DNA of 33,181 nucleotides, from positions 1 through 33,181 of the forward strand of contig JBIOXB010000077.1 in NCBI GenBank assembly GCA_044869275.1, written 5' to 3'. The DNA comes from a bacterium (lineage in GTDB: Bacteria > Zhuqueibacterota > Zhuqueibacteria > Zhuqueibacterales > Zhuqueibacteraceae). Made by a program: the position numbers and the translations under genes. Each line of letters opens with the position of its first letter. The stretch's first letter is position 1. Positions 10,199 through 19,190 of this stretch are shown here, piece after piece. The notes under the pieces are model-generated. The model was not told the origin of the DNA. It saw only the letters and a program-made list of their open reading frames with translations, and ran no database searches.

Positions 10199-12280
10199 TT
10201 AATTCTTCGGCAGCAACGATTTGCGGCTCAAGCGCAATTTGCCGTCATCGCCGACTTCGATCAATTCGACCGTGACCTCGTCGCCCATTTTCAAAACGTC
10301 TTCAACGCGATTGATACGGCGATTGTCGATTTGTGAAATATGCAGCAAGCCTTCGCGGCCCGGTAAAATCTCCACGAACGCCCCGAACTCTTTGATGCCT
10401 TTCACAATGCCTTTATACACCTTGCCAACCTCGGGCACGGCCACCATATTGGATATGATTTCCGCGGCCTTGGCGCAAGCTTCCGGATCGGCCGAGGCAA
10501 TGGTAACGATGCCGTCGTCATTGATGTCGATCGTAGTGCCCGTGCGCTCGGTGATGTCGCGAATGGTTTTGCCACCCGGCCCGATAATCAAGCCGATGGC
10601 GTCCGTCGGCACTCGCACCGTGATGATGCGCGGGGCGTATGGCGAGAGCTCCGGACGATGTGTGCTCAGCGTGGCATTCATGATATTGAGAATGTGCAGG
10701 CGCGCGACGCGAGCGCGATCCAGCGCCTCCGCCATGATCTGATGCGACAGCCCTTTGATCTTGATGTCCATCTGGAAAGCGGTAATGCCCGCGCTCGTGC
10801 CCGCGACTTTGAAATCCATGTCGCCGAGATGGTCTTCATCGCCGAGAATGTCGGTGAGCACCACCGTGCTGTTGCCTTCCTTGATCAGACCCATGGCGAT
10901 GCCCGCGACCGAGGCTTTAATCGGCACCCCCGCGTCCATCAACGCCAGCGAGCCCGAACATACCGTGGCCATGGAAGAGGAGCCGTTGGATTCAAGAATA
11001 TCCGAAACCACACGCACGGTGTAGGGGAAAATCGTCTCATTGGGCATCACGGCTTTGAGTGCGCGCTCGGCCAAATTGCCGTGGCCGATCTCGCGCCGGC
11101 CTGGGCCACGCGCCGGGCGAATTTCACCCACGCTGTACGGCGGAAAGTTGTAATGCAGCATGTAGCTTTTGTAGAATTCGCCTTCCAGTTCGTCCATCTT
11201 TTGTTCGTCGACCTTCGTGCCGAGCGTGACCGCGGCGAGTGCCTGCGTTTGCCCGCGCGTAAAGAGACACGTGCCGTGCACGCGCGGCAGCACGCCCACC
11301 TCGCTCGTGATCGGGCGAACCGTATTCGCATCGCGGCCATCCAAGCGGCGGCCCTGTTTCACGATCATCCCGCGCACCAGCTCTTTCTCGAGCTTGTGCA
11401 TGATCTCGCCCGCGGCTTTTTCGCTTTCGGGGAACTCTGCTTGCAAGGACTCCATCGTGGCCTTGTAAAACTCTTTGAGCTGGGTGCGGCGTTTTTGTTT
11501 GTCCGCTTCATGCAGCAATTCCGCCAGCCTGGCCGGCACCAGCTCGCGCATGCGCTTCTCGAGACCCTCAGGCAGCGCTGGCGGAACAAACGGGCGCGCC
11601 GGCTTGGCCATTTCCGAGGCAATGGCTTTTTGCAATTGAATCAGAGCGCGCGCTGCTTGTTGGGCAAACGCCAGCGCCGCCACCATGTCCGCTTCGCTGA
11701 TTTCCTGCGCTTCGCCCTCCACCATCATGATCGAATCTTCGGTCGCGGCGACTATCAAATCCAGATCGCTGCTTTCCAGCTCCGCATGCGTGGGATTGGC
11801 GACGAATTGGCCGTTTACACGGCCCACGCGCACACCTGCCACCGGACCCGCCCAGGGAATGCCGGAGAGCAGCATCGCGGTCGAAGCGGCGTTGATGCCG
11901 AGGGTGTCGGGGTCGTTTTCTTTATCCGCCGACAAAACCGAGACCATCACTTGCACTTCGTTCATGTAATCGTCGGCAAATAGCGGGCGGAGGGAACGAT
12001 CGATCAAGCGCGCGGTCAAAACCGCGTTGTCGCTGGGCTTGCCTTCGCGCTTAAAAAAGCCGCCGGGAATTTTGCCCGCGGCATAAGCATGCTCACGGTA
12101 GTCAACCGACAGCGGAAAGAAATCCTTATCCGGCACCGGTTCATCCGCGCCCACGACCGTGGCCTGCACGATCGTGTCGCCGAATTGCACCCAACAAGCG
12201 CCGTCGGCCTGACGCGCCACGCGATTGGTCTCAATCGCGAATTTCTTTCCGTTCAATTCCGTATCTTTCCTATATACCAT
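10199..12280 (-). CDS. pnp: Polyribonucleotide nucleotidyltransferase (PNPase)
   Basis: DFFPLSVDY, GKIPGGFFKREG, RREIGHG, ESNGSSSMA, GDMDFKVAG; KH and S1 domains. Confidence 0.98.
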   Translation of the reverse strand: MVYRKDTELNGKKFAIETNRVARQADGACWVQFGDTIVQATVVGADEPVPDKDFFPLSVDYREHAYAAGKIPGGFFKREGKPSDNAVLTARLIDRSLRPLFADDYMNEVQVMVSVLSADKENDPDTLGINAASTAMLLSGIPWAGPVAGVRVGRVNGQFVANPTHAELESSDLDLIVAATEDSIMMVEGEAQEISEADMVAALAFAQQAARALIQLQKAIASEMAKPARPFVPPALPEGLEKRMRELVPARLAELLHEADKQKRRTQLKEFYKATMESLQAEFPESEKAAGEIMHKLEKELVRGMIVKQGRRLDGRDANTVRPITSEVGVLPRVHGTCLFTRGQTQALAAVTLGTKVDEQKMDELEGEFYKSYMLHYNFPPYSVGEIRPARGPGRREIGHGNLAERALKAVMPNETIFPYTVRVVSDILESNGSSSMATVCSGSLALMDAGVPIKASVAGIAMGLIKEGNSTVVLTDILGDEDHLGDMDFKVAGTSAGITAFQMDIKIKGLSHQIMAEALDRARVARLHILNIMNATLSTHRPELSPYAPRIITVRVPTDAIGLIIGPGGKTIRDITERTGTTIDINDDGIVTIASADPEACAKAAEIISNMVAVPEVGKVYKGIVKGIKEFGAFVEILPGREGLLHISQIDNRRINRVEDVLKMGDEVTVELIEVGDDGKLRLSRKSLLPKN

Positions 12281-12295
12281 TCGAAAGGAACTCCT

Positions 12296-13216
12296 TCACT
12301 CTGTCAGTTCGCTCAATTTCACCAGCAAGCGATCGGCTTCTTCTTTTCTGATCACCATGATCGTTGCCTTGTCGGCGGCTTTGGCATACACCTGCTCACC
12401 CTCTACCCTGCCGAGCAGCACTTGAGCCAGTTCTGCGCCTTTTTCTTTTGCAATGATTTTGGCGCGTGGATTATCAAGACCATATTGTGCAAGGCCGCCG
12501 GCCTGGATGTCGATAAAAGCCACGGCCTGCAACCCAGCTAATGTACTGGTAATATTCGAAACTTTCCAGCTTTTTGCTTTTTTATTTTGCGGCGCGGTGA
12601 CCCGCCATTCCGAGGCCGTATCTTTCTCGCAGACGATGGTGGTGTCGGGATATTGCAGCATCACATAGTCCGCGCGATAGCTCTCGAACCCGGCCAGCTT
12701 TTTGTCGCGCCATTCTTCTATTTTTTTGTCGGCACTGTTCCACAGTGCAACCCCGGTCAACACGACTTCCGGCTTGCGGTTGACGCGCGCATAGACGGAA
12801 GAGGAGGTCGGATTCTGGTCGCCAAGAAAAACTGTATCCCTCTGATCATGATGCGTGATCACGATCTGCCGGAGCGCCGGCGCGAGGCCATAGGTTGCGA
12901 AAGCATCGGCCCCCTGTGCGATGTCGCGTTCGCGTTTGGCCGATTCCAGACGATCCAACAAGCTGTTCACGTTGTTTTCGTCTGCAGGGTAATTGATCGG
13001 CTGCACAACCTGCCATTTTCCGATTTCTCTCTTCAGAGTGATGCCAGCAGGCAACAATGTGAATGCCGTCACCGAATCCGCTTCAAGTGGCAACAGTTTC
13101 TTCTCCGTCTCTTCGCTCTTTTGGCGCTTTTCACCGCCTTTGATTTCATAGAAATAAACAAATCCCCCCAGCGCGAGGAGAATGAACGCGAGGAAGAGAT
13201 TTGTGCGGAGGTTCAT
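12296..13216 (-). CDS. DUF4340 domain membrane-anchored protein (usual partner of GldG-like ABC systems)
   Basis: N-terminal TM helix; WQVVQPINYPAD, YGL..P, LGDQNP..VYARV, RDKKL patterns repeated; operon context. Confidence 0.8.
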   Translation of the reverse strand: MNLRTNLFLAFILLALGGFVYFYEIKGGEKRQKSEETEKKLLPLEADSVTAFTLLPAGITLKREIGKWQVVQPINYPADENNVNSLLDRLESAKRERDIAQGADAFATYGLAPALRQIVITHHDQRDTVFLGDQNPTSSSVYARVNRKPEVVLTGVALWNSADKKIEEWRDKKLAGFESYRADYVMLQYPDTTIVCEKDTASEWRVTAPQNKKAKSWKVSNITSTLAGLQAVAFIDIQAGGLAQYGLDNPRAKIIAKEKGAELAQVLLGRVEGEQVYAKAADKATIMVIRKEEADRLLVKLSELTE

Positions 13217-13341
13217 CTTTTCTATGCTCCGTTCTTATCAGCGAAACGATCACAGTGCGAGGATATGTTTAATGGTCATTTTGGAGGAATGTTCGGATGC
13301 ACCGCCAGAGAAACAGTTTTTAACAAGATTCATACTGAGGT

Positions 13342-14676
13342 TCAATTCTTGAACGTTGTATTGCAGTATGGGTGCGTCAACTGAGCGTTTTCTAACGATC
13401 CTATTCCTCCGTCTTGCTTTCGCGTGATATGGTCGATTGAAATAGAGTTTTTATGAATGTACCCATTACAAATCCCGCATCGAAGCGCTGAAGCAAGCGC
13501 TTCTCGGATAAAAGCGGCTGATTTTGTTTCACGGGAAAAGTCTTGTCCTTGAGGTTCCGCCTCATACTGTAATTGAGTCAGGTATTTAAACTTCGAATCC
13601 TTAATAATCTCATTAATCGTTGAATCGATATCCTTCCCTTCCTCCAATTTTTCAATACACAGAAAGTAGAAGTTTTTAATGTGTGGAAAACTTGCTGTGG
13701 CACTTCGGTATTTACGTACAATTTGCTGAATCAAATAGTCGTATCTAGGCAGGAGGCTCTCGAACTCTTTACGCACTCTTGTAAATCTATCGAAGTAATT
13801 GCGCTGCTCGAAATCCAAAATCAACGCCGCAATAGCAAAAAATGAAGCTATTTTATGGCGCCCGATCGCAGAGTAAAAATAAATAATGGGATGCAGACCC
13901 AAAGAGCTGGGATGATTACTATTAATCCTTTGCGCTATCCTTTTACAGTTATTGAGGTATTTGAGAGTTTCCGCACCATCATCATCAGGACCAAGATCAT
14001 CATCATTAAATGTTACGTTATTTGCGATATTAATGAAATCGAGTACAAGTGGCTGGCTCTGCGCTGCATAGAGTTTACCGCCGACTGGCAGATCTAGGGT
14101 TTTGATCGGATTGTCTAACTCAGGGTTAAAGAGCAACTCATTGACATCTCTGGCAGTATTTTGTATTTTCTCCTGAATGTCTTCAGAAAAAGCAGACCAA
14201 TATTTGTGACCTTTGCCACTTCTGATAATTGCTCTTGCAGCAATTCCATTTGGTTGCTTCCGCGCCTTCAAAACACGTAACTCAGTGGGATCAATTTGTT
14301 CATCTGGAATTATGCCATCATAAAACTGCTTAGATATATCACCATCGCCATAGTGGTCGTTAATCCAGGCCGCTAGCGCACTGAGCCTGTGAGAACCGTC
14401 AATGACGAATATATAGCTACTAGCGCTTCTCCAGAGTATTACAGCGGGGATCAGGTCACCTTCTAAAAAACTTTCAATAAAGTCACAGATCTTGTTCGAA
14501 TCCCATTCATTGGTTTCTCTCTGAAAATCGGGTTTTCTAAGTACTGAGAAAAAGAATTCGCCCCTTCTCAGATCGTTTATGGAGATAGTATCCTTTCGAG
14601 TTCCAACACCTTGATTTGTGTCCTTGATATCAAAATCTTCTCTTGGTATAAGGGCATCAAGATTAACTTTCGACAT
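13342..14676 (-). CDS. DUF262 (GmrSD-like) + C-terminal HNH nuclease protein, possibly internally deleted
   Basis: PDFQRE and VIDGSHR (DGQQR variant); C-terminal CGIC..IDH..GG..N..HPYCN; AGGAGG RBS. Confidence 0.8.
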   Translation of the reverse strand: MSKVNLDALIPREDFDIKDTNQGVGTRKDTISINDLRRGEFFFSVLRKPDFQRETNEWDSNKICDFIESFLEGDLIPAVILWRSASSYIFVIDGSHRLSALAAWINDHYGDGDISKQFYDGIIPDEQIDPTELRVLKARKQPNGIAARAIIRSGKGHKYWSAFSEDIQEKIQNTARDVNELLFNPELDNPIKTLDLPVGGKLYAAQSQPLVLDFINIANNVTFNDDDLGPDDDGAETLKYLNNCKRIAQRINSNHPSSLGLHPIIYFYSAIGRHKIASFFAIAALILDFEQRNYFDRFTRVRKEFESLLPRYDYLIQQIVRKYRSATASFPHIKNFYFLCIEKLEEGKDIDSTINEIIKDSKFKYLTQLQYEAEPQGQDFSRETKSAAFIREALASALRCGICNGYIHKNSISIDHITRKQDGGIGSLENAQLTHPYCNTTFKN

Positions 14677-14830
14677 TCTTGCATCCTCCTAATCGGTGAC
14701 ATAGACACATTGTGTTTCTGCCGGATACTATTAACTAACTTATGTTCGCTGCCTACAAACCACAACCGTCGCCAGAAACAAAGTCACCGACGGCAAGAAC
14801 ATATTCTGCTACCGCTTACCTATTGAATTC

Positions 14831-15049
14831 CTAATACTTATTTAGAACCCACGAAACACTTTCGTCTAAATCTTCGCGGTCTTTCCAGATGCCGACAAAG
14901 GGCTCATGCTGCAACTTCACTCTTCGAGCTTCATTGAAAAAAGCGGGGCGCTGGTAACGAGTCTGCAGAAAGGCAATAAAGTCGATGACTTCCTTCTTGG
15001 CTTCACAGGGAAGCGCTTCAAACTGCCGCCCAAACGTCTTCGTTCTCAC
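14831..15049 (-). CDS. DUF2281-like putative antitoxin (C-terminus may be truncated)
   Basis: LP..AKKEVIDFIAFL..RY and FVGIWKDREDL patterns; GTG start abuts the upstream stop codon. Confidence 0.65.
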   Translation of the reverse strand: MRTKTFGRQFEALPCEAKKEVIDFIAFLQTRYQRPAFFNEARRVKLQHEPFVGIWKDREDLDESVSWVLNKY

Positions 15050-15334
15050 TTACGCGGCTTCGTGTAGAAGAGGTTCTTTCTTAGGCCGTGTCTGGTCAGC
15101 TATTCCCATCAAAAGATATTCTACGCTGATGTCCTCGTCTAGTTCATCCCAATGCAGGCCTGTTCCACCGCCGCTAATTTCGTAGGTTTGGCGTTGCTCC
15201 GGCGTCGCATTGAGCAAGCGTGGAAAATAAGCAAGCGGCACACCAAGTTTTCGCCCATCTGCCAATTCCAACCACATGTTGTCAGAATCAAACGTAATTT
15301 TTCTGGCCAGGGCATTATTCGCCAAAGAACTCAT
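15050..15334 (-). CDS. DUF2442 domain protein (putative antitoxin)
   Basis: LADGRKLGVPLAYFPRL..AT, GLHWDELDEDISV; ATG 15334 overlaps the end of the upstream DUF4160 remnant. Confidence 0.88.
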   Translation of the reverse strand: MSSLANNALARKITFDSDNMWLELADGRKLGVPLAYFPRLLNATPEQRQTYEISGGGTGLHWDELDEDISVEYLLMGIADQTRPKKEPLLHEAA

Positions 15335-15449
15335 TCCAGGACCTCGCAATTAATTCTTTATTGTCTTTAACAACTTGCAGCAATTCTCGCAACTCTGCCG
15401 GCGACATGTCGTATGATTCGGCAACACGCACTTCTGGCAAAATCCAAAG
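15315..15449 (-). pseudogene. DUF4160 putative toxin, C-terminal remnant (5' half missing)
   Basis: Own translation: LWILPEVRVAESYDMSPAELRELLQVVKDNKELIARSWNEFFGE*. No N-terminal HxH segment; the frame is closed upstream by the GldG-like stop at 15459-15461. Confidence 0.72.
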
Positions 15450-15458
15450 CGGCGTGGC

Positions 15459-17006
15459 TCATTTCCGCCTTCTATAAACCGCAATCGCCGCCATAAACGA
15501 GGCCAGCGGCAGCAGGAACACGCTCACGAACAGCACCAGCTTTGAACCGGCGGAAGTGAGATTCAGGCGGCGGTCTTCAGGGTCTTTGGGCCTGATCGAA
15601 ATCAAATCTTCCTCCTCCGCCAGCCAGCTCAGCGCGTTCAGAAACAAATCCCCGTTCTTTTGAAAATCGAATAAATAATTCGCGGCAAAATCCGAATCGC
15701 CGAAAATCACCAAACGGCTTTTCTTCGTATGGGCGGTGGCCGATGAATCTGAAGCGCTCGCCGCAACGCGGCGCGTCGCTGCCACGGCAATGGTGAGCGG
15801 GCCGCGCACCTCTGTCTTTGGATCAAACTTCACGCGGTTCTGCTTGATCTCTTCCGCGCTTTTCTCCGCCCAACTGTTGGGGCCGGTTTTGGCAAAGGCC
15901 GTGGCTTCCACGCCCTCCGGCAGTGGATTGGCCAGCGCGAGCGAACGCGCGTCGGGATAGGCCGTCATGAATCTGAAATCTTGCGTAATCGGATGCTCTT
16001 CGTACGCCGCCACCACCGGCATATTCGGTCCCGCGCCAAACAATTGCCCCACGCCGGATTGATCGACAATCAAATCGTTACCCACCGTAATGCCGTAAGC
16101 CGAGACAATTTCACTCAAAGAGGGCGCGTTCGGATCCGTGAGCACATAGGCCGCGCCGCCGGTATTGAGAAAGTTTTTTATCGCCTCGAATTCAGTCGCT
16201 AAAAACGGCGCCTGCGGTCCGGCAATCACCAGCACCGCGCAATCCTCGGGCACGCGCTTGCTCTCCAACAAAGACACCGGGGCGATCGCATAATTCTTTT
16301 CTTCAATCACAGCCTTGGCTGCGCTCAAACCCAGGCGCTCGCTGTTGTCGATGCTCTTTTCGCCGTGATTGGTGGTGAAGTAAATCTTCTTCTTTTGCGC
16401 GCGCGTGACTTTGATGATGGCGTTGGTAATGACTCCCTCGCTCTCGCCGCTGATTTTTTCGCGATTGCCGCGATAGGAAATGACCGTCGTGCCATAATCC
16501 GTGACGCCGAACTGCCGCACCGTCTCCGGCTTTTTGTCCGGGTCGATAAATTCGTAGGTGAATTTCGGCGTGATCGCAGCGTATTCTTTCAGCACGTCTT
16601 CGGCGCGGTCTTGATCTTGTGGCAGGTAGAAGGCGGTGAGGTGCAGCCCGTCCTGCAGAGCCTGCAGCACTTTAATGGTCTGATCGGACAGGCTGAATTG
16701 CCTGGCCGCGGTGGTATCCAGGCGTTTGCTGTGCTGATGGGAAAGAAAATTGACCAGCGCCAAAATGGCGAGCACCAGCAGGGCCATGAGCACGGCATTG
16801 CCGGTTTGCAGCGCGCCGCGCTGCGTCAACGCAGCGAAAATTTCACGGAAGTTCAAAACCAGAAAGGCAAGGGTGAGTGCCCCGCCCACCGCGAGCGCGG
16901 CATATTCAAACGGGCTCCATGTGGAACGAATGTAGTACCCCAGCAAACCGGAAAAAAGTGCCGCCAATCCCAGCGCGCCAAAAGCAGGACTCCATTGCTT
17001 GATCAT
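15459..17006 (-). CDS. GldG-family ABC auxiliary protein (ABC_transp_aux)
   Basis: DTT..QFSLSDQT, FIDPDKKP, IYF..HGE, LVIAGPQ, GDSDF, NALSWL, C-terminal TM. Confidence 0.9.
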   Translation of the reverse strand: MIKQWSPAFGALGLAALFSGLLGYYIRSTWSPFEYAALAVGGALTLAFLVLNFREIFAALTQRGALQTGNAVLMALLVLAILALVNFLSHQHSKRLDTTAARQFSLSDQTIKVLQALQDGLHLTAFYLPQDQDRAEDVLKEYAAITPKFTYEFIDPDKKPETVRQFGVTDYGTTVISYRGNREKISGESEGVITNAIIKVTRAQKKKIYFTTNHGEKSIDNSERLGLSAAKAVIEEKNYAIAPVSLLESKRVPEDCAVLVIAGPQAPFLATEFEAIKNFLNTGGAAYVLTDPNAPSLSEIVSAYGITVGNDLIVDQSGVGQLFGAGPNMPVVAAYEEHPITQDFRFMTAYPDARSLALANPLPEGVEATAFAKTGPNSWAEKSAEEIKQNRVKFDPKTEVRGPLTIAVAATRRVAASASDSSATAHTKKSRLVIFGDSDFAANYLFDFQKNGDLFLNALSWLAEEEDLISIRPKDPEDRRLNLTSAGSKLVLFVSVFLLPLASFMAAIAVYRRRK

Positions 17007-17983
17007 TTGCCATTCACCTCGACATCATAGCCAAACTGCTGCGCAATTTCCACCAACTCCTCTTGCCGCAAAAAGGATTGTTCGGGCGCCGTCAGGCCGA
17101 AAGCCTGCGCGCGCGCCACCACGGTTTCAGGTTTTTGCCCGAGCGATTTTGCCACTGCTGCGACGGTGGCAGGCACATCCAATTTCACACGCTTGCCCTG
17201 GAAACCGCGCCAGCGCGCCGATTCCAAAACCAGATGGGTGAGAAACAGCAGCGCAAAGATGAAGGTCGCGTAAAAAACCACGTGCTTGGAATCCAATACG
17301 CCTTTGGTGAAATCGTCAAAATGTTCGAGAGGCGAAAGGTTGGAGAGAATACTGCCCAAAGTAGGCCCCGTAAAGCTTGACAACCAGCCGAGCGACATCA
17401 GAATCAAATTCACGGCAAGCGCGCTGACGAACGCGATGATTTGATTTTCCGTGAACGCGCTGAAGAGCAGGCCGAGTGCGATGAAACCTGCGCCCAAGAG
17501 CAACAGGCCGAGATAGCCCACCAGCAGCGGCTGGAGCTCGGGATTGCCATAAATGAACAACAAGCTGACGAACACGCCGGTGGCGGCGAGCATGGTAACA
17601 TAAAACAGCCACGCGCCGAAAAACTTCCCCAACGTGAGCTGCCAATTCGTGAGCGGCGAGGTTTGCAGCAGCTCCAAAGTGCCCTGGCGCTTTTCCTCGG
17701 CCAGCAGGCGCATGGTGATGCCGGGCAGCAGGAATAGGGCGATGATGGCAATGTTGTGAAGCAGCGGCCGAATCGCCATCATGTTTACATTTACCGCTTG
17801 TGGCATTTGGCCGTATTGCTGCGCCCGCATCGTCGCCATCATGCTCATGCGGTCGAACCAGACCACAAGATTGTAAAAAAACAAGCCCGTGGCCAGCAAA
17901 AAGAAACCCAGAATCACATACGCCAGCGGCGAAACAAAATACGATCTCAGTTCACGTTCGACGATTGCGAAGAAATTGCGCAT
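17003..17983 (-). CDS. GldF-like ABC-2 permease with C-terminal IF2_N-like domain
   Basis: RELRSYFVSPLAY, TMRLLAEEKRQGTLELL, TENQIIA, HFDDFTKGVLD; ~65-aa soluble extension after ARWRG. Start set at ATG 17983. Confidence 0.88.
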   Translation of the reverse strand: MRNFFAIVERELRSYFVSPLAYVILGFFLLATGLFFYNLVVWFDRMSMMATMRAQQYGQMPQAVNVNMMAIRPLLHNIAIIALFLLPGITMRLLAEEKRQGTLELLQTSPLTNWQLTLGKFFGAWLFYVTMLAATGVFVSLLFIYGNPELQPLLVGYLGLLLLGAGFIALGLLFSAFTENQIIAFVSALAVNLILMSLGWLSSFTGPTLGSILSNLSPLEHFDDFTKGVLDSKHVVFYATFIFALLFLTHLVLESARWRGFQGKRVKLDVPATVAAVAKSLGQKPETVVARAQAFGLTAPEQSFLRQEELVEIAQQFGYDVEVNGK

Positions 17984-18117
17984 CGTGGTACTACCCTGTT
18001 GCAACGTTTGTTATGTTAGGAATCGCATATCATTTGGAAGAATCCGCCTGTGTAAAAACTTAGGAAGGCCGCGCCCGGGCGTGAATAGGTACTGTGCCCG
18101 CGTCCACCTAGATGCTT

Positions 18118-19092
18118 TCAGTGTGTCAGCTTCAAAAACGCTTCTTCCAAATTCAAATCTTTCGCCCGGATTTCCAAGAGCCCCCAGCCGCTGTGCACCA
18201 CGGCCTGCGCCAATTCGCGCCGCAAGTCGCGGCCGGCCTCGGTTTCAACCGCGAAGCGATTGATGTTGCCATTGAGCGCATGGACCAGTGCCACGCTTTT
18301 CACGCCGGTCATGCTGCCCAGCTTGTGAAGCACGATTTCCGCCGGGCCCTCCACCTGCAACAGAAGTTGATCCGCACCGCGCATGCCCTGGGTAAGATTC
18401 GCAATCGTGTCTTGTGCCACCACAGTGCCGGCGAGATATGCGCGCGCGGGATTCTGATTCGTATGGAAAGGACGCTGGCCGATAATCACCACGCGCTCGC
18501 ACGTGGCGCTGACTTCGGACAAAATATGCGTGCTCAAAATCACTGTGTGCGCACCGGCGAGGCTTTTGATCAGCTCGCGCACCTCGATGATCTGCTCAGG
18601 ATCGAGGCCGACGGTGGGCTCGTCCAGCACCAACACCTCGGGATTGTGCACCAGTGCTTGCGCCAGGCCGACGCGTTGTTTAAAGCCTTTCGACAGTTTG
18701 CGGATGACGCTGCGGCGCACCTGGAGCGTAGCCGTATCGGACATGGCTTTTTCCACGCTGCGTTTGCGTTCGCGGCCCGCCACACCCTTGATTTTAGCGG
18801 CGAAATGCAAATAGTCTTCCACCGTCATTTCGGGATACACCGGCGGGTTTTCCGGCAAGTAGCCGGTGCGGCGGCGCACCTCCAGCGATTGCGAATAGAC
18901 TTCATAACCGGCCACGCGCGCAAGCCCGCGCGTCATGGGCATGTAGCCGGTGAGAATGCGCATGGTCGTGGTCTTGCCCGCGCCGTTCGGCCCCAGAAAG
19001 CCGGTGATCTCCCCTTTCTGCACGGTGAAGGATACTTTTTCGATCACCGGATCGCGGCCGTACGAACGCATGAGGTTTTGGACTTCGATCAA
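18118..19092 (-). CDS. GldA-like ABC transporter ATP-binding protein
   Basis: Walker A GPNGAGKTT, signature LSKGFKQR, Walker B VLDEPT, STH; TTG start at 19092 follows AGGAG. Confidence 0.92.
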   Translation of the reverse strand: MIEVQNLMRSYGRDPVIEKVSFTVQKGEITGFLGPNGAGKTTTMRILTGYMPMTRGLARVAGYEVYSQSLEVRRRTGYLPENPPVYPEMTVEDYLHFAAKIKGVAGRERKRSVEKAMSDTATLQVRRSVIRKLSKGFKQRVGLAQALVHNPEVLVLDEPTVGLDPEQIIEVRELIKSLAGAHTVILSTHILSEVSATCERVVIIGQRPFHTNQNPARAYLAGTVVAQDTIANLTQGMRGADQLLLQVEGPAEIVLHKLGSMTGVKSVALVHALNGNINRFAVETEAGRDLRRELAQAVVHSGWGLLEIRAKDLNLEEAFLKLTH

Positions 19093-19115
19093 GGCAGCAA
19101 CTCCTGTTTTGATCC

Positions 19116-19188
19116 CAGTAATCAGTAAGCAGTGATCAGTATTCAGTTGATTCACGACCCAATGCTCAACACTGAACACTGATTACTG
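19116..19188. repeat. Heptamer repeats arranged as an inverted pair
   Basis: cagtaat cagtaag cagtgat cagtatt cagttga ... actgaac actgatt actg. Confidence 0.75.
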
Positions 19189-19190
19189 CC

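Larger units (their letters stand above)
13217..15458. mobile_element. AT-richer accessory islet inserted between the GldG-like and DUF4340 genes
   Basis: Visibly lower GC than the flanks; nuclease and TA-type genes interrupt normally adjacent genes. No integrase or transposase seen; ends approximate. Confidence 0.6.

Noticed and set aside
10658..11983. 441-aa plus-strand ORF and similar long antisense ORFs (7626-8414, 18112-19128, 23723-24655, 27022-27849)
   Set aside because: Shadows of well-supported minus-strand genes in GC-rich DNA; no recognisable motifs.
15315..15461. GldG-like TGA is in frame with the DUF4160 remnant (read-through or selenocysteine fusion)
   Set aside because: One-in-three chance coincidence; GldG ends normally (..YRRRK*) and no SECIS-like hairpin is evident.
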